Assembly: GCF_001194135.2 (NCBI RefSeq)
Contig: NC_068982.1
Span: 64,929,839-64,993,838 of the forward strand
Reading direction: 5' to 3'
DNA length: 64,000 bases
Origin: Octopus bimaculoides
Taxonomy: Eukaryota
Below are positions 36,849 through 49,560 of this stretch, one piece after another. The notes under the pieces were generated by a model, which was not told the origin of the DNA, searched no databases, and was given only the letters and a program-made list of their open reading frames with translations. The translations under genes and the position numbers were made by a program. Within the stretch, counting starts at the first letter, position 1. The number at the start of each line of letters is the position of its first letter.

Positions 36849-37172
36849 CAATGATTCTCAATTTTTTCTTAACCTATGGACCCCTTTGATTACTATATAA
36901 CTTTGGTGGGCTCCCATCACCACATGAAGTGTAAAACTAGATATTTCTTTCAAAATTCTTATTTTGTTTTTCACACATTTACCTGTGGAGGTTGAACTAT
37001 GTAAAATGTTAGACAAAAATTTTGCTGTTTCTTGCAATAGATACAGCAAGATCAATATGGACCCTTAAAACTACTACTGTGAGTTTCCAATTTACTATTT
37101 TATTTGTGTGGACCCTCAAAAATCTTATATGGACATCCAAGGGGTCATATGGATCCCAGTTTAGAACCACTG
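36849..37172. mobile_element. hAT-like (Charlie-type) MITE, 324 bp; a related end lies at ~11627
   Basis: TIRs CAATGATTCTCAA and TTAGAACCACTG. The flanking 8-mers TGTTAAAT and TGTTAGAG match at 6/8 (putative TSD). 11627 begins TAGTGGTTCTCAACTGGGGGTCCATATGACC. Confidence 0.65.
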
Positions 37173-37622
37173 TGTTAGAGCTACCCCTACTGAGGGTTAG
37201 AGAAATGTGGTAGGTGAATGTTGGGAGAGTATAATCCAGTTGAATTCTATTATAAATAGTAATATAGAAGACAAGGTTAATAATCTGGGAAAAATCCCTC
37301 ACTGTTATTCTAGAATTAATTTATTTAAACAATAGAGACATTTATGTAAAATGTATCTTCTCTCACACAGCTGAAGTAAGTTTGTTTTTCAATTTCATCC
37401 ATCATCAGCTTTTAACATCCATCTTCTATGTTGGCATGGGTTGGATGGTTCGACAGGAACTGACATGTCTGAGGATGGCACCACTCTCCAATATCTGCTT
37501 TGGTGAGGTTTCTATGGCTAGTTACCCTTCCTAATTGTAACCACTGGGTGTTTTTTTTCCTCAGCACCAGCATTAGTTAAGTTATCATGCAATATGGGAT
37601 TACAGCAAAGAGGGAGGCAGCT

Positions 37623-37837
37623 TTGACCCTTTAGTAGTATTCAGATTATTCTGTCAAATGTAATACTTATTTGCATTACTTTCAATTAATCATAGCTTTG
37701 AAATTTCAATGATGTGATTGTGTATTTTTAGAATGACATTGTAGGGTAGGTGTGAGAGACTGGATATTGCCAGTTTGAACATAAAATGGACAGAATATTT
37801 TGGCCAGATATGGTTGGTTTAAATGTTAAAGGGTTAA
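37623..37837 (+). mobile_element. piggyBac-like MITE copy
   Basis: ttgaccctttag...ggtttaaatgttaaagggTTAA. Confidence 0.75.
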
Positions 37838-38343
37838 GCTAGTTAAAGTATGAGAGAAGGGGCCAGAACAGGTTTTTTTTGTTGTTGTTGTTGTAGATGA
37901 GCTACATAGCTACTTGCGCATTATTATTCATTTCTCTTTCAAAGTGGTGAGCTAGCAGAATCATTAGCTTGTCGGACAAAATGTTTAGTGGCATTTCTTC
38001 CAGCTCTTTATGTTCAGCATCCTTTCAGGGTCAGTAAAATAAGTACCAATCAAGTACTGGGGTCAATGTAATTTACTTGCACCTCCCCCTCGAAATTGCT
38101 GGCCTTGTACCAAAATTAGAAAGAATTAGTAATTTCTCCTTCCCCTTATTCTCTTCTATCTTTCTCACTCTCACACACACACACATGCAACAAGATACAC
38201 ACATGATTTACAAACACTTCATAAAAAAGACAAACACAGATACACAAAAAAAAAAATCTCTCTTTACTCTCTTCTGTTTCACTCATAAGCACACTCACAC
38301 ATTCAAACTCTTCCATTTCACACAAACACACTGGCTCATATAT

Positions 38344-38395
<52 letters not shown>

Positions 38396-40789
38396 TAGTT
38401 CTTTTTTTCCCTTTCCCTTCTAATTCTCTGACTCTTTCTCTCCTATGCAGATTGTTTATTAAAAAAAGAACAAGATAAATAAATTATCTTTTAAAATAGA
38501 TTTGTGAGTTTTCCCTCTTCAGAAATGCTGAAATGTTGGCTTGAAACTATTTAAGCTATTTTAATTCTGAAGATCTTTGTTATAATTTGGTTGTTTGCCA
38601 GCATTGGGTTATAAAAGACATTTATTGTTGAGAATATTGCTGTTGTTTGTTATTCAACTATATTTAAATCCAACTTAAAACAGTTCACCACACTCAGACA
38701 CACAACTGCACACATACATGTATGCATGTATGTGTATAGCTATAGTTTCTGTCACCTGAAGGATGGATGTTAAAATGATGATGATAAGACCTACTTCTGC
38801 TTAAATGAGTAATATGTTATCATGATTTGCTGGAGTTAATTTTCTCTCTAATCAGTACTACTTGGTCATGTCCATATTTAAGTCTCTTTAATTGGCTCAG
38901 TCCATCTAGTTGTAAAAACATGCTAATAGTAAGTACACTTCACTGCTGGAAATGTTAGCTTTTGTTCAAAATGGCTTGCATTATTTAGTTTTGAGTTCAT
39001 ATCCTGTCAAGGTGAGCTTTTCTTTTTATCATGCTAGAGTTGATTTATATTTTGTTATGTATCTTGGATGTGAATAGAATTATAATAGAAGATGACTCTC
39101 TAAAAGAAGCTCTAATCAAAGTATTTTTAGCTCTAATCAAGTATCCCAGCCATGATCATATTATTTTCTTACACAGTGTATCTGGTGTGACTGGATAATC
39201 TGATGTGTCCTTCCTTTTTCCCAGACAGTAAGGTGTGACCTGATGGAGATTTGGTTACTATTTCGAACAGGAGGTTATGTGACCACATGTTTTAACTGAT
39301 TTTAAAAGACTTCAAATTATTTTTCTAAAAAGCTAATTGTATAATCCATTCATCTAGTGGACTATCATGCACATCGAGGCACTATGTGCCCTGTTAATTT
39401 ATTTATTTAGTGGAATTTTGGTTCTTTGTTAGGATTACATTTAATTATTCAGTTATTGAGGGGGACTTTTCTTGCTATACATTATAATTCATGTATTGAA
39501 TATTCTTTTGATTCTGTTATATTATACAAGATGTAAATTATAGTTGGGTATTACAGTGCATTCATGCGAAGAGAGCTTTGGTATTATTTGATAAAGTAAT
39601 ATCAAAATGTTAAGTTATTGGTTAATTGACATTGAATTATGTAAATAGTGCAAAAAATGTAGAAACACTGTCAAAATGAAATGTATAAGTGTGACCTAGT
39701 TATCTAATGTGATGTGTCTAGGAGGGTAGTCACTCTGAATAAAACCTGACTTGGACTGTGATGACTCATCCGACCCATGCCAGTTTGGAAAGTAGAAGTA
39801 AATTGATGATGACATTGACAACAGCTGAAGGGTGGTCGTAGTGATGATGTTGATAAGTTAGTTTAAAAAAATGTAATAATAACACTAATGTAACACCCAA
39901 GAAACAGTCTCTAGACTGCCTAGGAACAACTGTTCATGCTTGACTTCATGCATTAGTGAGTTTGTCACAACAGTTTATGATTGTCTGATAATGTATATCC
40001 TACATACAAAACAAAAAAATCCCGTTGTGGTTGACTGCTTATTATACTACTTGGGTTTCTGTGTAACTCTGTCAGTTGGTGACTCCTTGACCTTGTATAA
40101 ATTTCAATTACATAACAGTAGGGGTTGGGGACAATTTGTAAACCTTGGTTTGTAATGGTGTTTATTAACCATTATAATGCAAAAGTCATCTGTTTTCTTG
40201 GATTTCCTTACGCAAGAATAGAATTTAACTAAAAGTGAAGGGACAATGTTTTACTCAGTGATTACTTATATTCTATTATCATTCCTATCCCTTATATCCA
40301 TCATCATCATCTAATATCCACTCTCCAACTGGCATGGGTTAGACAGTTTGATTGGAGCTGATGAGTCAGAGAGTTGTACCAGGTTCCAACCTGATTTGGC
40401 ATGGTTTCTACAGCTGGATGGCCTTCCTAATGCCAACCACTCCAGGAGTGTAATGGGTACTTTTCAATAAATGGATGGGGTGGTGAGATAGACTCTCTAA
40501 AACATGTTGTTTTTTCAAGTCAAATTTTCTTGTGACTCTTGTCTCTGTCCAATACACCCTTCCCCACTCACTCATCATATCATCTCCCTATTTCTCATCT
40601 ATCCACCCCCTCCCTTTATACACTGCCACTTATTACCTCCTCCTCCTGGACACACCCCTATTATCCTTTACCTTACTTCTCCCCACAAACTGAGATTCAC
40701 CATTGGCTGCACTTCCACCTGTATCAATCCTTCACTGCCTTCTATCACCATTTCCAACCACCTGTCAGTCTCTTTTCACACTCTCGCAA

Positions 40790-41227
40790 ACCTACCCATC
40801 TTTGATGATTTTGTCTCTGCTCTCTCATGCATCCACCTTCTTGTACCTTGAGGATATGCCCTGATATCTCATCACCATCATCCTTTCTCCCTTTCCAGCA
40901 GAAGCAACTATGCATCTTCCTTACAACAAGTCATGTGTTCCTCTTTAACACACTTCAACCTCTCAACACCTGGCAGAAAGCTGCCTCCCTCAATACTACA
41001 CTTTCTCTCAGTTGATAGGGTCTTGTCTTGCAAGTTACTCAGTGACCTTACAAATGCTGGTGCCATGGAAAAAAGCACCCAGTGTACTCTGAAGTGGTTG
41101 GCATTAGGTAGGGCATCCAGCTATAGAAACCATGCTAAAGCCAATGCTGGAGCTTGACATAGTCTTCCAGCTTGGATTTTGTCCAATCCATGCCAGCATG
41201 GAAGACAGATGTTAAATGATGATGATA
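40790..41227 (+). mobile_element. Old CT-rich retroposon remnant with the common tail; an inverted partner lies at ~41960-42420, other copies at ~59280-59525 and ~60780-61115
   Basis: Shared blocks ctctcaacacctggcagaaagc and cttgtcttgcaagt..gtgacct..ctggtgcc. Confidence 0.6.
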
Positions 41228-43848
41228 TCTTCCTCTTTTGTTTGTCTATATTTTTTGTTTCATATAAAAATCACCCAAAAGAAATTCTTCAGTGATTTCT
41301 CATTCCATTTTAATATTTTTATAACCAAGTTTCTCAAAATAAAGCTACAAAGGCTGTTACTGTCCAGTGAGTTTTAAATGGAGGCAAATATGAGTACTAA
41401 GACAGGTAAAATGTTTATTGAAAAAGAACAATTTTTACTGATCAGGATTGGGACTTGTTAGATTAGTTCCAAACAATGAAACTCCCTTGAATGAGAAATT
41501 GGATAGAATCTAGTTAATCAAAATAGTGCAATGTAGTTAACATTTTTCTTAAATTTTTCAGTTGATGTATTAAAGGTAAAGAAACAAAAAAAAAAAAAAA
41601 ATTTTTNNNNNNNNNNAAAAAAAAAAAAAAAAAAAATTTTTAGAAAGCCCCCAACAGGAAGTTGGTACTAAATAGAATCAGTGCAATTGAAGGAACAGTT
41701 GGTTCAGTCTATTTGAATAAGGTGCCACAGAGATTATGTATCAGTGAATTTTTAAAGTTTAATACTTTCCCTGCCATGAAAATCATGGCAGCTAATATAC
41801 TATAAAATGAAATATTAGTTGTATATCTGAGTAAAACATTTTTTTAACTAGGTGCACATATTTTTTGTGTGAGATTATTACCCCTTTGCTACATCCCTAT
41901 TTATGACATACAGCCATTGTTCTGTTTTTTTATTTTCAACCCCTAAATCTCTTTGTCATCATTATCATCATTATTTAACATCTGTTTTCTGTGTTGGAAT
42001 GAGTTGGACAGTTCATCAAGTTCTGGCAAGCCACAAGGCTGTGTTGAGCTCCAGTGTCAGCTTTGGCATGGTTTCTATGGTTGGATGCCCTTTCTAATGT
42101 CAACCACTTTACAGTGTGTACCACTTACTTTTCTCAAGCACCCAGCACCAGTGAAGTTGCCAATTGACTTGCAAGACAAGAAAGAAAAATGAGGAAGAAA
42201 ATCCCCTTCAACTAAGTGGGGGGGGGGTATTTGAGAGAAGGGAGGTGGCTTTATGCCAGGTATTGAGAGGGACAAGTACAGGTTTCTTGCAATAGTGAAG
42301 ATATATGGCTACCTCACATTTTATAAGGGTGGGAGTAACTGGAAAGAAGAGATGGTAGGATGCCAGAGCAAATCCTTCAGGGTACATGATGAGCACAAGA
42401 GGATGTAGACTGTAGATTTAGGAGGGGGTTTGGTTCAAAAGAATGTGTGGGGAGAGTGAGAGATGGTTGGAGATAAGAATAGAGGTGAATAGCTAGTAAT
42501 ATAGCTAGTAATGAACAAAGGTGGAGGTGTGGTTGATGGGAAATACCATTGTGGAGAGAGAAGGGGTAAAGATGGGATAGATACAAATGGCTCAGGAAGG
42601 AAGCTAGGTCAGAAGGTGGTTATAATTTAAAGATAAGGTGTAACAGTTGTCGCCATGCAAATCAAATTAATGACTCACATGAATATATTAGTCATTGATT
42701 TAAAGCAGTGTTTTTCAACAAATGTGTTGCAGTATTTCCAGGTGTTAGCAATGTTTCTAATGTTGCTGCAAGATAATTAAGTTTACAACTACCATTAACT
42801 ATTTTGTGATCATATTTCCAGTGAAATACACTACTTATGTGTTTTAACTAATATTGAAATTAATCAATATTAATCTGGTGTTTCGAACTTAACACTGGAT
42901 TCTGACTTAAAATTGTGATGGAAGATTTTAATTTGAATGTAACTACTGAAAAATGTTGTGTATAAAGAAAAATCAGAAGAGTTTTAGGAGTATACATAGA
43001 ACTTGTCCTTATTTTTGATTTTATATTAAGTGACCTCATCCAATCAGTATGCATAAATGTCTGAAGTATTGATGGATCTGGGTTATTTGGTGGTAACTCT
43101 TCATTGAACCTAATTTTAGATGAATCTTTCAATATTTTACCACTGATTTTTGTATAGGTCATCTGTGTATTAGAATCACCCCTTGCAGTTGGCTCTTTCT
43201 AGCCCTTTTTTAAAGTATTAAATGGTTAAGAGTTCACTTCCACTACTCATAGGATGTGGGTCTCTTTTTCCCATAAAAGGATTTGATGGGGAAAAGAAAC
43301 AAGCTAACAAAGCACCAATACAGTGATCCAGCTTCCTGTAGTATAAACTACATTTCTCTTGTTAACTAAATGGACTGGGCCATCCACAGTTAAATGTTTT
43401 GTTACAGAAACAACGAATTTTTAAAGACAGGATACAAATACTTGACCCATGCCAGTGCCCTTATCATTCTAGCACAATAATGATGAGAAGAAAAGGCACC
43501 ACACATACAACTTTTTGTCAAAGAAGCAAACTCCTTATCCTCATCACCATTGTAACTTGTCAGGCAGTAGTGTTGTATTGAAAAGACCTCTAGGCTCCCT
43601 TGAAATCGCTAAGATTTCAGCTGACGGAAAGCAATGTATTGCTGCAACTTCAATCTATTACATCATCATTTAACATTTTGTTCTATGCTAGCATGGATTG
43701 GGTGTGTTGATAGGATCCGAAAGGTCCAGAACTGTATTGTGCTCCACTGTCTACTTTGGCATGGTATCTATATCTATAGCTGGATGCCATACAGCTCATT
43801 GATATGCTGTGAAATGTATCTTGGTGCGCTGCAAAAATAATGAAATTA

Positions 43849-45082
43849 TGAGGGTGGGCTGAAAAGTTCATATGAAGGAGTGATGCTGGAGCTGTTAAAT
43901 CTTGCATGCATTAATTTCAGCTCTTCTTATTAATAACGGCATTGTTACTTTCCATGTAAACTGACATCTGACTGTTCAAAGAAGACTTCAAAAGTAACTA
44001 GTAGCAACTTATCTTGAAAATGGACAAAATTTGGCATCGTGGTGTTATCAAGTACCTGCAGAAAAATAGTTTAGCCCCTAAAGACATTCATGCTGACATG
44101 GTTGCTACATTAGGGGATTATGCTCCAGTTTTATCAACAGTGCTAAAGTGGGCAGCTGAATTTTTAAGATTACCCAAGTTATGGACATCTTACTACCGAG
44201 GAAAACATTGATCATGTTCACCACATGGTGATGGATGACAGGCAATTGATCAAGCAGTCAATGCTATTAGTATATACCGTGAGTGAGTTGAGAATATTCT
44301 GCACAATGAACTTGGCATGACAAAGGCTTCTGCTTGGTGGATGCTACATCTTCTGACACCTGATTAAAAGTGCACCAGCCTGATTGCATCACAGGAAAAT
44401 CTGAAATTGTTTGAGGCAGGTCCAGCTGGTTTCCTTTGAATGTATCCTAACACAGGATAAATGTTGGGTTCATCACCTTGAGCAAAGTCAAAAACACAAT
44501 GGATGCAGTAGAAACATCTCTCCTCACTTGCTCCAAAGAAAGTCAAGGTCGCTTCATCTGCAGGGGAGGTAATGGACTCAGTTGTTTGGGATGCAAGAGG
44601 CTTTGTGTGTATTATCTTCAAAGGGGCCATACCATCAAAGGAGAGTACTGTGCCAAGTCGTAGCAGTTATGAAAGGCTATCAAGACCAAACGCCCAGGGA
44701 AACTGATGAAAGGGGTCGTTTCATCAGGACAATGCTCCAGCACAAAGGCTCTTGGTTTCAATGGCTGCTGTGCACGACTGTAGCTTTGAATGGGTTGATT
44801 GCCCTCCCTATTCTCCTGATTTGACCACATCTGACTATCATCTGTTTTCTGATATGAAAAAAACACTTTGCTGGGAACCAGTATTGTAGTGATGATGACA
44901 TCATATTTTTTGACTAACAGCATGAAGGCCTCTTCACCAATGGGGTCCAAGCACTGCAACACCAATGGAAGAAGTGTGTGGAGCACAATGTGTGCAGGGG
45001 GCTATGTTGAAAAATAAACTTCATTTTGTCACATTCTATGAGAGTGTCTTGGTCAGCTTATGAACTTTTCAGTTGACCCTTA
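43849..45082 (+). mobile_element. Near full-length (1234 bp) pseudogenised mariner of a different subfamily
   Basis: TA-TGAGGGTGGGCTGAAAAGTTCATA ... TATGAACTTTTCAGTTGACCCTTA-TA (TIRs plus TA TSD). Remnants include MDKIWHRGVIKYL..KWAAEF, TQDKCWVHH, HQDNAPA, SPDLTTSDYHLF and WKKCVE, broken by frameshifts and stops. Confidence 0.92.
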
Positions 45083-45329
45083 TATATTGAAAAGATGGAG
45101 AAAATGCAAACTGAACTCTTATGGTTTTTTTATTTACTGAAGTAATAAACAATTTTTTTGTAGGTTAAATCATATTCATAGGCTAAAATATGTAAATACA
45201 TTTTGTAATGCAATTTTTTTTTTCTTTACTTTATGCCAAACTATCCCCAAATATTTTTATCTGCTATAAAGGGCACTGAATATAAAAGTACAGTTTGATT
45301 ATTACTTATCAAGAATTATAAAATATCAA

Positions 45330-45645
45330 TGGAAAACAGGTAAGGGTTGGCAACAGGAAGGGCATCCAACCACAGAAAATCTGCCTCAATGAATTCCATC
45401 AGACTCATTCAAGCATGGAAAAGTGATGTGTAATCAATGGTGGTGATGATTGACATTTTGATCAATTTCCCAAATTTTTTTTGATTAAAGAATCAAAAAA
45501 ATTTGGGAAATTGATCAAAATGTCAATCATCACCACCATTGATTACACATCACTTTTCCATGCTTGAATGAGTCTGATGGAATTCATTGAGGCAGATTTT
45601 CTGTGGTTGGATGCCCTTCCTGTTGCCAACCCTTACCTGTTTCCA
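45330..45645. repeat. Near-perfect long inverted repeat (arms ~155 bp, 4-nt loop AAAG at 45487-45490)
   Basis: 45334-45486 is the exact reverse complement of 45491-45642 except T8 versus A7. Confidence 0.97.
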
Positions 45646-45950
45646 AGCAAGGTAATATTTCCCCACGACTGTATATGTTTTCTCTGAAGATTGGAAAAAA
45701 AGATGTTTTTTTAAATTTTTTTTTTATGAGAGTGACAATAACATCAAGATGAAACACAAATGTGCACTATATATAAAACTAGCCTGTTTCAGCTTCTGTC
45801 TACCAAATCCACTGATGAGATTTTGTTGACTTGGAGTTACAGTAGAAGTCACTTGCCTAAGTTATCATGCAGTGAGATTGAACCTAAATAAATCATAATT
45901 TGAGAATTGATTGATGTGTCAATTTGATTTCTTTATCTTTTTTCTTGTAG

Positions 45951-46488
45951 CCCATCTGATCTCGATGCTGACTTGGAAGATAATCAAGATTATGATAGTG
46001 CAGTTAGCCAATCAGAAACTAACCTAACTCTGATTGGTCAATCAGAGCCAGCATCATCAGGTGCTAAGACAAGTTACAAGCCCTACAGAAGTTCCCGAAG
46101 TCCTTACTCTCCACCCAGTTCTAGTTTCCGAGTATTGGGGAGTGACCAAGAATCTAAAACTCCTACTTGCTCCAACTCTTCTTCATCCTCTTCTTCTGTG
46201 ATGTCCCGCTACAAAGAGATTGAATCTGGAAAGAATCCCCGTGAGCCTACATTACAGTCCCAGATAAAAAAAAGAGACCTGCATCATTGTCCAGATAGTG
46301 ACTACCAGCGTCCAGTTTCAAGTCAGTCCTCCCAAGTGCAGGACAGTTGGCAGTCACAGTCTACTTATAACCAAAGCCATCTGCCATCTCTGAAAGAAAA
46401 TCCAAACTACAATGTGAAATCATACAAAGAAAACTGGTGCCAGGGTTCCCAACAGCAACAATCACAAGAAGAATATTCATTAGATAAG
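45951..46488 (+). CDS. PAWR: 538-nt Ser/Gln-rich coding exon (PSDLDADLEDNQ...EEYSLDK), phase 2-0
   Basis: Acceptor tttttcttgtag at 45950 and donor AAG|gtatga at 46489. It contains ORF 45973..46494, the only long non-repetitive ORF in the track, with higher GC than the introns. Confidence 0.9.
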
Positions 46489-49093
46489 GTATGATTTTTT
46501 TTTGTTTGATTCTCTGTGTTGTCATTGTCATCACCAATCTATTGCTGCTGCCATGACTTTAACATCCACCTTTCCAGGTTTGCATGGGTCAGACAGAAGT
46601 CATTGAAGCAGATTTTTTTCAGTGGTTAATTCCTTTTCTGTTGCCAACCTTTATTTACTTCCAAACAAAAGTAACATTTTCCCATAACCAGACATGTTTC
46701 CATGGAAGATTGGAAATGAATGACACTGCTTGTTTGATGGTGATTTGTTCATAACTATTACACAATGTCAAGACAAAGAGGCACAACCACACATATATAC
46801 ATACACATATATATATGACCAGTGTCTTTCAGTTTCTGTCTATCAAGTCCACTCACAAAGCTTTGGCCAGCTTGAAGAATAAGACACTTGCTTATGGTGC
46901 CACAAAATGGAACTGAACCTGAAACTATATGATTGAAAGGCAAACTTCCAAACCACACATCTCTGCCTATGTGTCTATTCTAAATGATTAGCAATAGTAT
47001 GCTTCAGTAACTGAAATATGATGCTATAGTAAACATTACAGTAATGTAAAATTAAACAGTGTTTCACAAAATAATGCCATATATTTAAATGACTGTCTAT
47101 ACAGAGTGTATTAATAGTATAGAAAATGCAGAATGGTTTTAGAACAGATGTTTAACTAGTTTGAAAAATTCTAAACATAATAGTACTAAAATAAGAACCA
47201 AGCAACACTGGTTATGTGCTGCTAATTAACTGTTTCTCTTTTGCATAGTATCCACATAGGTTGTTGAAACCACTAAGGTGAGCAGTAACAGCTTAAAACA
47301 ACAGTTACCTTTTATGTATGTGTATATAAGATATTACAAATATTTGTAATTTATGAGATGGTCTTTGACACTAACAGTTTAATCTTAAATTACCTCTTTG
47401 TAATAAATTACAAAAGACCTGTAACCATCATCATTTTCATCAGCCTTCTTTCCATGCTGGCATGGGTTAGATGGGTTGTCTCGCTTAAGTCCATTCTTAT
47501 TCAGTGTTGTAAAGGTGTCTGGCTTGGTTGTTAGGATGTTGCCCTCACAATCACAAGATCATGGCTTTGATTCCAGGACCAGGTGATGCATCGTGTTCTT
47601 CATTAAAAAAAAAAAAACATCATTTCACATTACTCCAATCTACTCGTCTGTAAATGAGTAACCCTGTAACGAACAGGCATTGCATTCAGGGGGAATGTTA
47701 TGATTTTGGTCACTTGTACACCATAGAAACCAGGTAGCTGGCCCTATGAGACCTAGAACTTGAGACAGCCATGCCCAGGTGTTGATGATGATGATGGTGG
47801 TGGCAGTGGCGGTGTCGTTAGTGTCATCCTAAATGAGTCAGAAAAGTGTATTTCACTCAGATGTTTCAGTCTTGTCACTTGTAGAAACCATGCCAAAACT
47901 GAAGCTCTGAGCAAGACAGGTCTCCAACTCATTTAGGAGGGTAGTAACTCTAAATAGGAACTGATTTGATAAGATAATCCCCACAACCCATGCAAGCATG
48001 GGAAAAAGATACGTAAAGCTAAAATGATATTGGTGATGATTATGGTGATTAGAGGTTATTGTAATAAACAAGAAATAACTAATTTAAGATTAGATGATTG
48101 CAGGGTTTTATAATAAATTGCAAAGAGGTAATTAAATTTAAGACTAAGTTGTCAATGTCAGTGACCTGGTCATAAATCTTCAAAATATTTTGATACTTAA
48201 TAGTATATAAAATCTATTACAAAATACTAATTTTAAAAAAAGTGATTACAGCAGTGTGTGTGCGCACGTATGTGCATTTAATGATAGTAATGACACTACA
48301 ACAGTTGTTTCAGTCTCAAGACAAACTCTAATCAAATCTCTTGTTAAATAAATGAACACAAGTATTTTATGACTTCAATATATCTAGCATATCCTGAGTG
48401 TACAGATTTTCTTGTTAGAAATATTTACTATGTGACTTAGTGAGGGGAAAAATCCTATGTAATCACTGAAGCTGCTAGAAATAGCAACCAAGTATCCCTT
48501 GTGTCACAACCTACTGAATTAAAGATGGATGGACACATCAAATAATAAATTTTTTATATATTAATACATTGTATCTATTTGATCAGAGTTGACCTGGGGG
48601 AATAAACCATAACAAGGAGATGCAAGCATCCCCTGCATTATTGAAGTACTATGTTCTTGAAAATTTTGCTATAGCACAAATCTATTTTCTCACTGACTTC
48701 AAGGTTATGGCATGACTTCTATTCTGCAAGACTTTATTCTTCCTACAGGTTTGATATACTGTTAATACTACTATAATAACTGAAAATCTGAATATTGTTT
48801 GAAGTTATGTAAATATCCTATGAATATTTAGAGTTCTATCAAATCCACATTTTTATATAAAAGACTTACTATTTACTAAGTGTTGTTCAAAAGGTATTTC
48901 ACAAGAGAATTCCTTAGTATTGAGGAAGTGACTTCAACAATAATATGAGTCTGCTTCTTTCTGTTGAATATTATGTGTCACTTCATGATTTAAGTACTAA
49001 TTAGCTGTCTGCCCACTGACTGTCAGAAATGCAATGATATTAAAGTACAGAAGATATCTATATGTATGTGTATGTGCATGCATACATACATGT

Positions 49094-49560
49094 TAAGGTG
49101 TGTGGCCTAGTGGTAAGGGTGTTTCACTCACAATTGCAAGATTGTGGCTTTGATTCCTGGACCAGTTAGTGTGTTGTTTTCTTTAGTGAAAGCATTTCAA
49201 TTCATGGTGCTCCAGTTCATTTAGCTTTAACCCATTAGCATTTAAGCCAGCCATGTCTGGCCCAAATATTCTGCTTGGTTTATGTTCAAACTGGCTTGAT
49301 CCAACCTCTCACACCTACCCTGCAATGTCATTCTAAAAATAAACAATGACCTCTTTGAAATCTCAAAGCTATGAGATAATACAGGATTAATTTTATAAAA
49401 TGTGAATATATAAGTAATACATTTGACAAAGTAATCTGAATGCTAAAGGGTTAAGTGAGTAACAGTAATGGATGGCCATTTTGTTCAGGGAGCATATTGT
49501 GATCTCAGTCACTTATACACCATGGAAACAGGGTAAGTGGTCCTAGGGCTTGAGACAATA
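49094..49560 (+). mobile_element. Family C tRNA-derived SINE (others at ~47515-47770, 49565-49872, 55916-56140, 58362-58690)
   Basis: gcctagtggt..(A-box), tttgattcctggacc (B-box), and a tgtgttcttgagcaa..cacttcatttcacattgctccag CORE-like block. Confidence 0.7.
49227..49454 (-). mobile_element. piggyBac-like MITE with both TTAA target sites, nested in a family C SINE
   Basis: TTAA-CCCATTAGCATT ... AATGCTAAAGGG-TTAA. The host SINE reads through (..catttagct|gtgagtaac..) when the MITE is removed. Confidence 0.85.

Noticed and set aside
41586-41642. Repeated poly-A/T5 block on both sides of a 10-N gap
   Set aside because: Same scaffold-overlap artefact.
42860-43162. 100-aa minus-strand ORF without microsatellite
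   Set aside because: No recognisable domain or splice signals; it partly overlaps a decayed AT-rich repeat and is likely a chance ORF.
45973-46494. ORF as a stand-alone single-exon gene starting at TTG
   Set aside because: The frame extends upstream to a splice acceptor at 45950 and ends at a donor at 46489. It is an internal exon.
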